Source: Eledone cirrhosa
Taxonomy: Eukaryota
Direction of reading: 5' to 3'
Assembly (NCBI GenBank): GCA_964016885.1
Contig: CAXHJY010000413.1
Span: 1 to 64,000 of the forward strand
Length of the DNA: 64,000 nucleotides
The notes beneath the pieces were generated by a model. That model was given only the letters and a program-made list of their open reading frames with translations, was not told the origin of the DNA and searched no databases. Made by a program: the position numbers and the translations under genes. Shown piece after piece: positions 1 through 14,502 of this stretch; positions within the stretch are counted from its first letter, which is position 1; every line of letters begins with the position of its first letter.

Positions 1-169
1 GGCGTCAAAACAAATGTATATGTTTACGAAGGATTTTACAAGGTGAAAATAGAGTAAGGGTAATGAGTAAACAAGTATTATAGAGTGTATAATACCCTTT
101 GAAATAAGGTAGGAAGATGGGTATATTTTAAAAGAGGTGTATGTATATGTGCCTTTGAGAAAAAGATTC

Positions 170-2560
170 TAAATTGATAAAGAATTGATTATTAGCTGTA
201 TACTTTGTGAAATGTTTTATGGAATTTATGCAAGCAGATAGAAAACAAGTCAGTTCGTCTATTTATTATAGAATCTAGATTAGAGATAATGGTAAATTTT
301 TCATTTAGGCAGAGATTGCAGATTTGTATGAAGACGCAGAAGAAACCTTCTTCCAAAAGATGGTATATTTAATGTTTTTGTCTTTCAAGGACCATATGAG
401 TTCTGAGAGAGCCGTGTTGGTTCTTTTAAGTTTGTATTTAAATGATGAATGATGATTAAAAGAGGTGGAAGTGGAGCCAAAATAGGTGAAGGAATTGGTG
501 TTAGTTATAACTTTACATTCATAAATTAAGTTTTTATCAAGACAATGGTTGTTGAGAGGACATTTATTTTTAAATAGGGCAATTGCAATTGAAATTAGAG
601 AGATTATTAATGAGTGACCTAGTGTTATCTATAGAAGGAATTGGATTGGAGAAGTTGTTTGCGATAGGAATAATAGTTTCTTGATTTAGAGTTGGATTAT
701 GAACATTTAGCGAAGTTGTGTTTGACGTTGTATTTGGGTTTGTACGAAAATTAGCCTAGGGTTTATAATGACGTCGGGAAGTACTATTACTATTATTATG
801 AAATTCAGTGTTGGAAGGAAGAGATTTAGTATTTAGTATTTTATTGTTGTGTTTAGAGATAATGTTGGAAATATTGGAGGATGTAGAATAAGAAAATTTT
901 ATGGTGTGTTTGTTAAATATTTTACTATAGATATGCGAGGGAGGGGAAGCATTTATTTAAGGCACTAAAGAATAATTTAGGAATATTGTTATTAATAGAG
1001 ATGGAGAAAGGAGCATTATACCAGATTATGTTTTTGTATCTAGGTCTTTTATTAAAGTTATTGGAATGATCATGATTAATTATTCTACTGTAAGTTCTTC
1101 TAGAATTTGTTTCTTTACTATATTTGATTTTATCAGGATAGCCGGCTTTAGAAAGTGCGTTATTATAGTAATTGGACGTTAGCATCAAAGATGTTTTTAT
1201 TAGAAGATAGGTTAGATATTCTTTTTCCAATATTACTAGCTATAGCATTCTTGATATTAGTAGGATGGTTAGATTTAAAGTTAACATAATTTAGGTTCTC
1301 ATTGTTTTTATGGTAAAGGGTAATATAGGCCAGTGTCAAGATTAAGAGATACATCCAAGAAATTAGCTAGTTTGATACTGTTATCAAATTCAATTTTTAA
1401 GGTTTATGTTGGTTAAAGAGATTACGTATATTGTTTCTTAATAATATTAAGGTTAACAATATTGCAATTTAAGATAGTAAAGAGTCCATCGTCACGATAA
1501 ATTCCACCGCGAAGTTGAGGAATTTTCCGACTCAAAGAGTTCAAAATAAAGATACCAATTAAATCAGTCAATTGGGATGAATCGGATGCTCCCATTGTGA
1601 TGTCGAAGTTGTTAGAGGTATCGGCTCTGGTCCAATATTCGTTGTTGAACTCTAGGATGGTTTTACGTGCGGTGAGAATGATGTGAAGTTCATCTGTGGT
1701 GATGTCAGAATATTTAAGTGCGAAAGATAGAGCATTATTGAGAAGTGAAGGCGAAATGGAGGAATAGTAGCTGGCAATATCAAATTGAATAAATTTTAGT
1801 TTGTTTTTATTATTCAATTTGTTGAACCAGCCAATCACTTCAGAAGTACCAAACCATAAATTTAGGTTCAAAGAAGAGCAATTAGAACGAACCTGTGGGA
1901 TAATTCTATCCAAGATGGCTTTACTAACAACCCCAGATCAGATTTAGAGGGGGCGATTAATCTAACAGGTAGTTCAGTGCGAAAATTGTTTTTGTGATCC
2001 TTGAGATTTATCCTCGGAGTTCTTGGGAGGAATGGTTCGGTCTTTTTTTCAATGCCAAGTTTTGACATAATCTCAGAGGCTTCAAGGTTTATGTATTCTA
2101 AATTTTCATGGTTGGTTTTACGATATTTTTTCCTAAGTTCCTTTAGGATAAGGTTGTTATATAATTATCCTTGGAAATACCATATAAGTTATTGGTTTTG
2201 TCAGAGTGGACTAAAACATTTTTTTGAGGAATTTAGGTTAGAAATTGTGTTCTTGAGATTTACAAGGTGCTCTTGTCCTTTGTAAGGGTATCTCTTGAAT
2301 TTAAGATTTTTTATTATTTTAGTTAACTCTTCCTCGAATTGCACTAGATTTTTGTTGGAAGGAGGATTTTCTTCTAGAATTAAATAGATGATCGAGGAAG
2401 TTATGTTCTTTGGTATAGAAGTTCCCTTTTAGGCGCTGGTCATAGAAATAGGCTGTCCATCTAACGAAAGGAGTCAGTTTTTTTCAATTAGAAGTTTGGT
2501 GAATTCAGATTTACCAGGTATAGGAATGTCTTTTAGTTGAATTGGTTATGTTGTAATAAT
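170..2560 (-). mobile_element. Penelope-like retroelement, degraded (RT + GIY-YIG endonuclease), frameshifted
   Basis: ORF pieces 1868..2068, 1422..1913, 1163..1354 and 925..1230 give PLE RT motifs (IQFDIASYYSSI, DITMGA, IYRDDG, SNHP, IIWYNAPFS). Manual translation at about 400-570 gives KCPLNNHCL...IYECKV...YFGST (GIY-YIG region). Boundaries are approximate. Confidence 0.85.
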
Positions 2561-2766
2561 CCATGTTGTAGAAGAAGAAGTAAAAGACCATCAAAAGGTA
2601 TCCAATATGAGAGTAAGCGCTCAACCGTTAAGGAGCAAGTTAATGTAGGAGGTGAGTTTTATTGTAGTACAATAAAGCAATGCAGATATCGGATAAGAAG
2701 CACTCTACAGTTTGTAGGACTGGAGTATACATAATATATAAGAACAGAAGATGGTTAAAGGAGTTC

Positions 2767-2852
2767 CATGTATTTTATTATGCGCATTTCAAAAACAAAC
2801 ATCATCATGCAATAATATTTGTGTTTTCATCAGATAAAACAGGAGGGACATG
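2767..2852 (-). ncRNA. Type I hammerhead ribozyme
   Basis: Reverse complement reads TTTTAT-CTGATGA-stem II-GAAA-TGCGCA-TA-ATAAAA. Confidence 0.8.
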
Positions 2853-3043
2853 ATATGAAGGCTAAAAAACACTTGTGGATTAGTGCAGTTTTTAAAATCA
2901 ACATATGAGAAGTAGTTTTAGATTGATGTGTGATATTGGGAAAAATATTTTATTTAGAGGGGGAGGGGGGGGGAAGGATGAAAAAAAGAGGAGGAGATGA
3001 GAAGTGAAGAATATTCATTCCGCAATTCATTATTTTCTTCTCT

Positions 3044-3233
3044 AAAGGGTGGTGGATTGGCAGTATCGGTAGAGGGTCGGACGCCATGCTTTCCAGCATA
3101 GTTACGTCCCCTTTACGATCTGAGTTCAAATCCCGCCGAGGTTGACTTTGCCTTTCATCCTTACGGGGTCGATAAAATAAAGTACCAGTAATGCACTGGG
3201 TAATTGCTGGCCTTGTGCCTAAAGTAGAAAACA
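3044..3233 (+). mobile_element. tRNA-derived SINE with 15 bp target-site duplication
   Basis: A-box-like TGGCAGTATCGG and B-box GAGTTCAAATCC, followed by a conserved body GACTTTGCCTTTCATCCTTACGGGGTCGATAAA. ATTATTTTCTTCTCT occurs at both 3029-3043 and 3234-3248. Confidence 0.85.
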
Positions 3234-3628
3234 ATTATTTTCTTCTCTCTATCATCAAACTCATTATTCTCAATACATATTAACTCCCTCTCCTTCTTCG
3301 TTAATTTTCAAATTCTTTTAATTTATACATTATCTTCCAACGGTTTTCAACCTCTCTATGTAAAACAATATATCTTTCTCAGTTATAAAAACTATCTCTC
3401 TCTCTCTCATATCACCCATCTCTCCTCCTATCTCATCCTTCCTCATTATATTCCTCCCTCTCCACCTTCACTCTCATCTCCTCCTCTTTTTTTCTCATCC
3501 TTTCCACCCCCCCCCCCCCTCTAAATAAAATATTTTTCCCAATATCACAACACACATCAATCTAAAACTACTTCTCATATGTTGATTTAAAACTGCACTA
3601 TCCACAAGTGTTTTTTTAGCCTTCATAT

Positions 3629-3716
3629 CATGTCCTCCTGTTTTATCTGATGAAAACACACAAATATTATTGCAATGATGATGTTTGTTTTTGAAATGCG
3701 CATAATAAAATACATG
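3629..3716 (+). ncRNA. Type I hammerhead ribozyme
   Basis: TTTTAT (3641) CTGATGA, stem II, GAAA, palindromic stem III TGCGCA, TA cleavage site, ATAAAA. Outer CATGT/ACATG extends stem I. Confidence 0.82.
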
Positions 3717-3741
3717 GAACTCCTTTAACCATCTTCTGTTC

Positions 3742-4635
<894 letters not shown>

Positions 4636-5307
4636 TAATAATGGCTGCGCGTTGCAAATGGTGGGGCATATGAAAAAGTAAGTCCCTTCATCAGTGACCC
4701 TCCAACCGTCCCAGGCATTTCATCGCTTAAGGGCCATATGCCTCAGGTTGGTGCGAACAACGGCTAAAAAAAGTCGTTGGGACACGTAAACAAAGGGGAC
4801 GCCAGGGTAACAAACAAAAAGGTTTAAGCAACGGAAAGTGAGAAGAAATAGACAAGTCCCAGATCTCTATGAATATAAACTCGGTGAAATCGTGAACAAG
4901 AGACAAAAGACCATCAAACCTGGTTGAAATGTGAGCAAGGAAAGAATTTTGCACAAGTCTAACGGGGGGGGGGGGGGGGGAGAGAAGAAGAAGAAGAAGA
5001 AGAAGAAGAAGAAGAAGATAAAGGGGTCTGGTCTACGAATTCGGTAAACATAAGTTTTGTGAAGTCGCAGACGAAAGAGAGAGAGAGAGAAAAAAATTTC
5101 CATACCAGCTTGGTCAAGACCGCGCGAGAAAAGAATTACACACAGGTCAAACTTGAAGGAGGAGGAGGAAAGAGGAGGAGGAGAGGTAGTGACAGAGAAT
5201 GAGTGAGTGAAAGTTGAGGAGGAGGCTAACAGAGAGAGAGACTGCTAGAAAGGGTAAAAGGTAACGAACAGACGAGTGGCAGCAGAAGAAAAATTATGTG
5301 TAAATAT

Positions 5308-5497
5308 GATAATAATAATTGTTTCTACTTTTGGCACAAGGCCAGCAATTATCCCAGTACATTACTGGTACTTTATTTTATCGACCCCGTAAGGATGAAA
5401 GGCAAAGTTGACCTCGGCGGGATTTGAACTCAGAATAGAAAGGGCCGTAACTCTATGCGTCAAAGCATGACGTCCGACCCTCTACCGATACTGCCAA
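5308..5497 (-). mobile_element. tRNA-derived SINE, same family as 3044-3233
   Basis: Reverse complement of the 3044-3233 element, with a (TTA)n tail. Confidence 0.85.
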
Positions 5498-5524
5498 ATA
5501 ATGGCTGCGCGTTGCAAATGGTGG

Positions 5525-5619
<95 letters not shown>

Positions 5620-5623
5620 GTAT

Positions 5624-8600
5624 GTATGGTTGATTGTAGACTTGTTCTATATGTGACGGTATTTTAACGATAGTTATAGCTCTGATTCATCTGAATTATT
5701 GAGCCCTCTGCCGCTCATATCGAATTTCGTTTTTCGTGAACTCGTGCGCCGATTTTTCGATACTCGATCTTTCTAATATATTTAGCTCTGGACATAGCTA
5801 TCCACCAGTTAATTTTATTGCTCATTTTTTGTCGATTCTATTGAGTGATGAATAGCTTTTGTTTTATTTTAACATGTCTATTGAGCACTCTAATTCGATA
5901 TGTGTATTTCCACATTCACTCGAATTGTTTTCGCGGATATAGGGGTCATCTCCCTTGTCTAATGCCATGTGCGTTTTTCACCGCTAGTTGACTCCTTTGC
6001 CGCCAGGAAAAAACTCGTTGACAACGTAAACTCCGTTCCACTTATTCTAGTAGGCTTTTATATTTATATGTGAGCTGATAGAGTACTGTCTAAGGATTTA
6101 CAGAAACCCATGAAGCTAGATTTAACACCTTTCTAGTGGGTCCGGGTATGATTTTACATTCATTTAAATTATTGACGTATTGTTTTATTGATATTTTTTA
6201 TTTGTTTGGCCCGAATCTTCCTTTATCGATTTTAAATCGTATGGTTGATTGTAGACTTGTTCTATATGTGACGGTATTTTAACGATAGTTATAGCTCTGA
6301 TTCATCTGAATTATTGAGCCCTCTGCCGCTCATATCGAATTTCGTTTTTCGTGAACTCGTGCGCCGATTTTTCGATACTCGATCTTTCTAATATATTTAG
6401 CTCTGGACATAGCTATCCACCAGTTAATTTTATTGCTCATTTTTTGTCGATTCTATTGAGTGATGAATAGCTTTTGTTTTATTTTAACATGTCTATTGAG
6501 CACTCTAATTCGATATGTGTATTTCCACATTCACTCGAATTGTTTTCGCGGATATAGGGGTCATCTCCCTTGTCTAATGCCATGTGCGTTTTTCACCGCT
6601 AGTTGACTCCTTTGCCGCCAGGAAAAAACTCGTTGACAACGTAAACTCCGTTCCACTTATTCTAGTAGGCTTTTATATTTATATGTGAGCTGATAGAGTA
6701 CTGTCTAAGGATTTACAGAAACCCATGAAGCTAGATTTAACACCTTTCTAGTGGGTCCGGGTATGATTTTACATTCATTTAAATTATTGACGTATTGTTT
6801 TATTGATATTTTTTATTTGTTTGGCCCGAATCTTCCTTTATCGATTTTAAATCGTATGGTTGATTGTAGACTTGTTCTATATGTGACGGTATTTTAACGA
6901 TAGTTATAGCTCTGATTCATCTGAATTATTGAGCCCTCTGCCGCTCATATCGAATTTCGTTTTTCGTGAACTCGTGCGCCGATTTTTCGATACTCGATCT
7001 TTCTAATATATTTAGCTCTGGACATAGCTATCCACCAGTTAATTTTATTGCTCATTTTTTGTCGATTCTATTGAGTGATGAATAGCTTTTGTTTTATTTT
7101 AACATGTCTATTGAGCACTCTAATTCGATATGTGTATTTCCACATTCACTCGAATTGTTTTCGCGGATATAGGGGTCATCTCCCTTGTCTAATGCCATGT
7201 GCGTTTTTCACCGCTAGTTGACTCCTTTGCCGCCAGGAAAAAACTCGTTGACAACGTAAACTCCGTTCCACTTATTCTAGTAGGCTTTTATATTTATATG
7301 TGAGCTGATAGAGTACTGTCTAAGGATTTACAGAAACCCATGAAGCTAGATTTAACACCTTTCTAGTGGGTCCGGGTATGATTTTACATTCATTTAAATT
7401 ATTGACGTATTGTTTTATTGATATTTTTTATTTGTTTGGCCCGAATCTTCCTTTATCGATTTTAAATCGTATGGTTGATTGTAGACTTGTTCTATATGTG
7501 ACGGTATTTTAACGATAGTTATAGCTCTGATTCATCTGAATTATTGAGCCCTCTGCCGCTCATATCGAATTTCGTTTTTCGTGAACTCGTGCGCCGATTT
7601 TTCGATACTCGATCTTTCTAATATATTTAGCTCTGGACATAGCTATCCACCAGTTAATTTTATTGCTCATTTTTTGTCGATTCTATTGAGTGATGAATAG
7701 CTTTTGTTTTATTTTAACATGTCTATTGAGCACTCTAATTCGATATGTGTATTTCCACATTCACTCGAATTGTTTTCGCGGATATAGGGGTCATCTCCCT
7801 TGTCTAATGCCATGTGCGTTTTTCACCGCTAGTTGACTCCTTTGCCGCCAGGAAAAAACTCGTTGACAACGTAAACTCCGTTCCACTTATTCTAGTAGGC
7901 TTTTATATTTATATGTGAGCTGATAGAGTACTGTCTAAGGATTTACAGAAACCCATGAAGCTAGATTTAACACCTTTCTAGTGGGTCCGGGTATGATTTT
8001 ACATTCATTTAAATTATTGACGTATTGTTTTATTGATATTTTTTATTTGTTTGGCCCGAATCTTCCTTTATCGATTTTAAATCGTATGGTTGATTGTAGA
8101 CTTGTTCTATATGTGACGGTATTTTAACGATAGTTATAGCTCTGATTCATCTGAATTATTGAGCCCTCTGCCGCTCATATCGAATTTCGTTTTTCGTGAA
8201 CTCGTGCGCCGATTTTTCGATACTCGATCTTTCTAATATATTTAGCTCTGGACATAGCTATCCACCAGTTAATTTTATTGCTCATTTTTTGTCGATTCTA
8301 TTGAGTGATGAATAGCTTTTGTTTTATTTTAACATGTCTATTGAGCACTCTAATTCGATATGTGTATTTCCACATTCACTCGAATTGTTTTCGCGGATAT
8401 AGGGGTCATCTCCCTTGTCTAATGCCATGTGCGTTTTTCACCGCTAGTTGACTCCTTTGCCGCCAGGAAAAAACTCGTTGACAACGTAAACTCCGTTCCA
8501 CTTATTCTAGTAGGCTTTTATATTTATATGTGAGCTGATAGAGTACTGTCTAAGGATTTACAGAAACCCATGAAGCTAGATTTAACACCTTTCTAGTGGG

Positions 8601-11600
8601 TCCGGGTATGATTTTACATTCATTTAAATTATTGACGTATTGTTTTATTGATATTTTTTATTTGTTTGGCCCGAATCTTCCTTTATCGATTTTAAATCGT
8701 ATGGTTGATTGTAGACTTGTTCTATATGTGACGGTATTTTAACGATAGTTATAGCTCTGATTCATCTGAATTATTGAGCCCTCTGCCGCTCATATCGAAT
8801 TTCGTTTTTCGTGAACTCGTGCGCCGATTTTTCGATACTCGATCTTTCTAATATATTTAGCTCTGGACATAGCTATCCACCAGTTAATTTTATTGCTCAT
8901 TTTTTGTCGATTCTATTGAGTGATGAATAGCTTTTGTTTTATTTTAACATGTCTATTGAGCACTCTAATTCGATATGTGTATTTCCACATTCACTCGAAT
9001 TGTTTTCGCGGATATAGGGGTCATCTCCCTTGTCTAATGCCATGTGCGTTTTTCACCGCTAGTTGACTCCTTTGCCGCCAGGAAAAAACTCGTTGACAAC
9101 GTAAACTCCGTTCCACTTATTCTAGTAGGCTTTTATATTTATATGTGAGCTGATAGAGTACTGTCTAAGGATTTACAGAAACCCATGAAGCTAGATTTAA
9201 CACCTTTCTAGTGGGTCCGGGTATGATTTTACATTCATTTAAATTATTGACGTATTGTTTTATTGATATTTTTTATTTGTTTGGCCCGAATCTTCCTTTA
9301 TCGATTTTAAATCGTATGGTTGATTGTAGACTTGTTCTATATGTGACGGTATTTTAACGATAGTTATAGCTCTGATTCATCTGAATTATTGAGCCCTCTG
9401 CCGCTCATATCGAATTTCGTTTTTCGTGAACTCGTGCGCCGATTTTTCGATACTCGATCTTTCTAATATATTTAGCTCTGGACATAGCTATCCACCAGTT
9501 AATTTTATTGCTCATTTTTTGTCGATTCTATTGAGTGATGAATAGCTTTTGTTTTATTTTAACATGTCTATTGAGCACTCTAATTCGATATGTGTATTTC
9601 CACATTCACTCGAATTGTTTTCGCGGATATAGGGGTCATCTCCCTTGTCTAATGCCATGTGCGTTTTTCACCGCTAGTTGACTCCTTTGCCGCCAGGAAA
9701 AAACTCGTTGACAACGTAAACTCCGTTCCACTTATTCTAGTAGGCTTTTATATTTATATGTGAGCTGATAGAGTACTGTCTAAGGATTTACAGAAACCCA
9801 TGAAGCTAGATTTAACACCTTTCTAGTGGGTCCGGGTATGATTTTACATTCATTTAAATTATTGACGTATTGTTTTATTGATATTTTTTATTTGTTTGGC
9901 CCGAATCTTCCTTTATCGATTTTAAATCGTATGGTTGATTGTAGACTTGTTCTATATGTGACGGTATTTTAACGATAGTTATAGCTCTGATTCATCTGAA
10001 TTATTGAGCCCTCTGCCGCTCATATCGAATTTCGTTTTTCGTGAACTCGTGCGCCGATTTTTCGATACTCGATCTTTCTAATATATTTAGCTCTGGACAT
10101 AGCTATCCACCAGTTAATTTTATTGCTCATTTTTTGTCGATTCTATTGAGTGATGAATAGCTTTTGTTTTATTTTAACATGTCTATTGAGCACTCTAATT
10201 CGATATGTGTATTTCCACATTCACTCGAATTGTTTTCGCGGATATAGGGGTCATCTCCCTTGTCTAATGCCATGTGCGTTTTTCACCGCTAGTTGACTCC
10301 TTTGCCGCCAGGAAAAAACTCGTTGACAACGTAAACTCCGTTCCACTTATTCTAGTAGGCTTTTATATTTATATGTGAGCTGATAGAGTACTGTCTAAGG
10401 ATTTACAGAAACCCATGAAGCTAGATTTAACACCTTTCTAGTGGGTCCGGGTATGATTTTACATTCATTTAAATTATTGACGTATTGTTTTATTGATATT
10501 TTTTATTTGTTTGGCCCGAATCTTCCTTTATCGATTTTAAATCGTATGGTTGATTGTAGACTTGTTCTATATGTGACGGTATTTTAACGATAGTTATAGC
10601 TCTGATTCATCTGAATTATTGAGCCCTCTGCCGCTCATATCGAATTTCGTTTTTCGTGAACTCGTGCGCCGATTTTTCGATACTCGATCTTTCTAATATA
10701 TTTAGCTCTGGACATAGCTATCCACCAGTTAATTTTATTGCTCATTTTTTGTCGATTCTATTGAGTGATGAATAGCTTTTGGTTTATTTTAACATGTCTA
10801 TTGAGCACTCTAATTCGATATGTGTATTTCCACATTCACTCGAATTGTTTTCGCGGATATAGGGGTCATCTCCCTTGTCTAATGCCATGTGCGTTTTTCA
10901 CCGCTAGTTGACTCCTTTGCCGCCAGGAAAAAACTCGTTGACAACGTAAACTCCGTTCCACTTATTCTAGTAGGCTTTTATATTTATATGTGAGCTGATA
11001 GAGTACTGTCTAAGGATTTACAGAAACCCATGAAGCTAGATTTAACACCTTTCTAGTGGGTCCGGGTATGATTTTACATTCATTTAAATTATTGACGTAT
11101 TGTTTTATTGATATTTTTTATTTGTTTGGCCCGAATCTTCCTTTATCGATTTTAAATCGTTTGGTTGATTGTAGACTTGTTCTATATGTGACGGTATTTT
11201 AACGATAGTTATAGCTCTGATTCATCTGAATTATTGAGCCCTCTGCCGCTCATATCGAATTTCGTTTTTCGTGAACTCGTGCGCCGATTTTTCGATACTC
11301 GATCTTTCTAATATATTTAGCTCTGGACATAGCTATCCACCAGTTAATTTTATTGCTCATTTTTTGTCGATTCTATTGAGTGATGAATAGCTTTTGTTTT
11401 ATTTTAACATGTCTATTGAGCACTCTAATTCGATATGTGTATTTCCACATTCACTCGAATTGTTTTCGCGGATATAGGGGTCATCTCCCTTGTCTAATGC
11501 CATGTGCGTTTTTCACCGCTAGTTGACTCCTTTGCCGCCAGGAAAAAACTCGTTGACAACGTAAACTCCGTTCCACTTATTCTAGTAGGCTTTTATATTT

Positions 11601-13149
11601 ATATGTGAGCTGATAGAGTACTGTCTAAGGATTTACAGAAACCCATGAAGCTAGATTTAACACCTTTCTAGTGGGTCCGGGTATGATTTTACATTCATTT
11701 AAATTATTGACGTATTGTTTTATTGATATTTTTTATTTGTTTGGCCCGAATCTTCCTTTATCGATTTTAAATCGTATGGTTGATTGTAGACTTGTTCTAT
11801 ATGTGACGGTATTTTAACGATAGTTATAGCTCTGATTCATCTGAATTATTGAGCCCTCTGCCGCTCATATCGAATTTCGTTTTTCGTGAACTCGTGCGCC
11901 GATTTTTCGATACTCGATCTTTCTAATATATTTAGCTCTGGACATAGCTATCCACCAGTTAATTTTATTGCTCATTTTTTGTCGATTCTATTGAGTGATG
12001 AATAGCTTTTGTTTTATTTTAACATGTCTATTGAGCACTCTAATTCGATATGTGTATTTCCACATTCACTCGAATTGTTTTCGCGGATATAGGGGTCATC
12101 TCCCTTGTCTAATGCCATGTGCGTTTTTCACCGCTAGTTGACTCCTTTGCCGCCAGGAAAAAACTCGTTGACAACGTAAACTCCGTTCCACTTATTCTAG
12201 TAGGCTTTTATATTTATATGTGAGCTGATAGAGTACTGTCTAAGGATTTACAGAAACCCATGAAGCTAGATTTAACACCTTTCTAGTGGGTCCGGGTATG
12301 ATTTTACATTCATTTAAATTATTGACGTATTGTTTTATTGATATTTTTTATTTGTTTGGCCCGAATCTTCCTTTATCGATTTTAAATCGTATGGTTGATT
12401 GTAGACTTGTTCTATATGTGACGGTATTTTAACGATAGTTATAGCTCTGATTCATCTGAATTATTGAGCCCTCTGCCGCTCATATCGAATTTCGTTTTTC
12501 GTGAACTCGTGCGCCGATTTTTCGATACTCGATCTTTCTAATATATTTAGCTCTGGACATAGCTATCCACCAGTTAATTTTATTGCTCATTTTTTGTCGA
12601 TTCTATTGAGTGATGAATAGCTTTTGTTTTATTTTAACATGTCTATTGAGCACTCTAATTCGATATGTGTATTTCCACATTCACTCGAATTGTTTTCGCG
12701 GATATAGGGGTCATCTCCCTTGTCTAATGCCATGTGCGTTTTTCACCGCTAGTTGACTCCTTTGCCGCCAGGAAAAAACTCGTTGACAACGTAAACTCCG
12801 TTCCACTTATTCTAGTAGGCTTTTATATTTATATGTGAGCTGATAGAGTATTGTCTAAGGATTTACAGAAACCCATGAAGCTAGATTTAACACCTTTCTA
12901 GTGGGTCCGGGTATGATTTTACATTCATTTAAATTATTGACGTATTGTTTTATTGATATTTTTTATTTGTTTGGCCCGAATCTTCCTTTATCGATTTTAA
13001 ATCGTATGGTTGATTGTAGACTTGTTCTATATGTGACGGTATTTTAACGATAGTTATAGCTCTGATTCATCTGAATTATTGAGCCCTCTGCCGCTCATAT
13101 CGAATTTCGTTTTTCGTGAACTCGTGCGCCGATTTTTCGATACTCGATC

Positions 13150-13160
<11 letters not shown>
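5624..13160 (+). repeat. Tandem array of a 615 bp non-coding unit: 12 full copies plus a ~157 bp partial
   Basis: GTATGGTTGATTGTAGAC recurs at 5624, 6239, 6854 ... 13004. I saw only three substitutions (10782, 11161, 12851). Both ends adjoin TA microsatellite. Strand is inferred. Confidence 0.97.
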
Positions 13161-13218
<58 letters not shown>

Positions 13219-13532
13219 TTGAAAAAAATGAAAACGAAATTTCATTTCTCACTCTTAGTATGGCACTTACTTAAATGTAAGTATGTATGTATACGTACAT
13301 ACATATACGTATACAGACGTACAGTAGCATGCATATATATACATATATATATATATACATATATATACATATATACATACAGGTACACATACATATATGC
13401 ACGCATCAGTTTAGCGGACGTTTATTACAACGCCGCTTTGTTCGTTTGTTTGTCAACAAACCGAACAGCCTGAATTTATGCCATACGGTGTTAAGGCAAC
13501 CACGTCACCTTTTTGTTCAACACTGACACAGG

Positions 13533-13577
13533 AACGATGTACTAGTTTCAAGCTTGTTAGCTATCATCAGCACCGTT
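13533..13577 (-). ncRNA. Type I hammerhead ribozyme, array copy 1
   Basis: Reverse complement: AACGGTG-CTGATGA-T-AGCT-AACA-AGCT-T-GAAA-CTAG-TA-CATCGTT (7 bp stem I, GUA site). Confidence 0.88.
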
Positions 13578-14024
13578 TACCCATCTGCCAGATAGTTGAA
13601 CGTTCGAAAGTATATACTTTCCTTATGAAAATTAACGGCTGAGCAGCCTAATTTGCATATTGAGTGAGTTAAATCGGTCAGGCATACCGAAAACGATAAG
13701 TTGAAAAAAATGAAAACGAAATTTCATTTCTCACTCTTAGTATGGCACTTACTTAAATGTAAGTATGTATGTACACGTACATACATATATGTATACAGAC
13801 GTACAGTAGCATGCATATATATACGCATATATATATATACATATATATACATATATATACACATATGCATACAGGTACACATACATATATGCACGCATCA
13901 GTTTAGCGGACGTTTATTACAACGCCGCTTTGTTCGTTTGTTTGTTAACAAACCGAACAGCCTGAATTTATGCCATACGGTGTTAAGGCAACCACGTCAC
14001 CTTTTTGTTTAACACTGACACAGG

Positions 14025-14069
14025 AACGATGTACTAGTTTCAAGCTTGTTAGCTATCATCAGCACCGTT
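14025..14069 (-). ncRNA. Type I hammerhead ribozyme, array copy 2
   Basis: Identical to copy 1. Confidence 0.88.
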
Positions 14070-14502
14070 TACCCATCTGCCAGATAGTCGAACGTTCGAA
14101 AGTATATACTTTCCTTATGAAAATTAACGGCTGAGCAGCCTAATTTGCATATTGAGTGAGTTAAATCGGTCAGGCATACCGAAAACGATAAGTTGAAAAA
14201 AATGAAAACGAAATTTCATTTCTCACTCTTAGTATGGCACTTACTTAAATGTAAGTATGTATGCATACGTACATACACACATGTATACAGACGTACAGTA
14301 GCATGCATATATATATACATATATATACATACATACACATACATACATACAGGTACACATACATATATGCACGCATCAGTTTAGCGGACGTTTATTACAA
14401 CGCCGCTTTGATCGTTTGTTTGTCAACAAACCGAACAGCCTGAATTTATGCCATACGGTGTTAAGGCAACCACGTCACCTTTTTGTTCAACACTGACACA
14501 GG

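Noticed and set aside
3044-3140. tRNA gene
   Set aside because: The A/B boxes are the head of a multi-copy SINE with a TSD.
5838-5895. SECIS or C/D-box-like hairpin (GAGTG-ATGA...TGAG-CACTC) in the 615 bp unit
   Set aside because: The quartet register is off by one, there is no correctly placed apical AA, and the D-box geometry is wrong. It reads as a plain hairpin.
5624-13160. CRISPR array, or 5S rRNA/snRNA gene cluster
   Set aside because: No unique spacers, and no recognisable 5S, U1 or U3 sequence in the unit.
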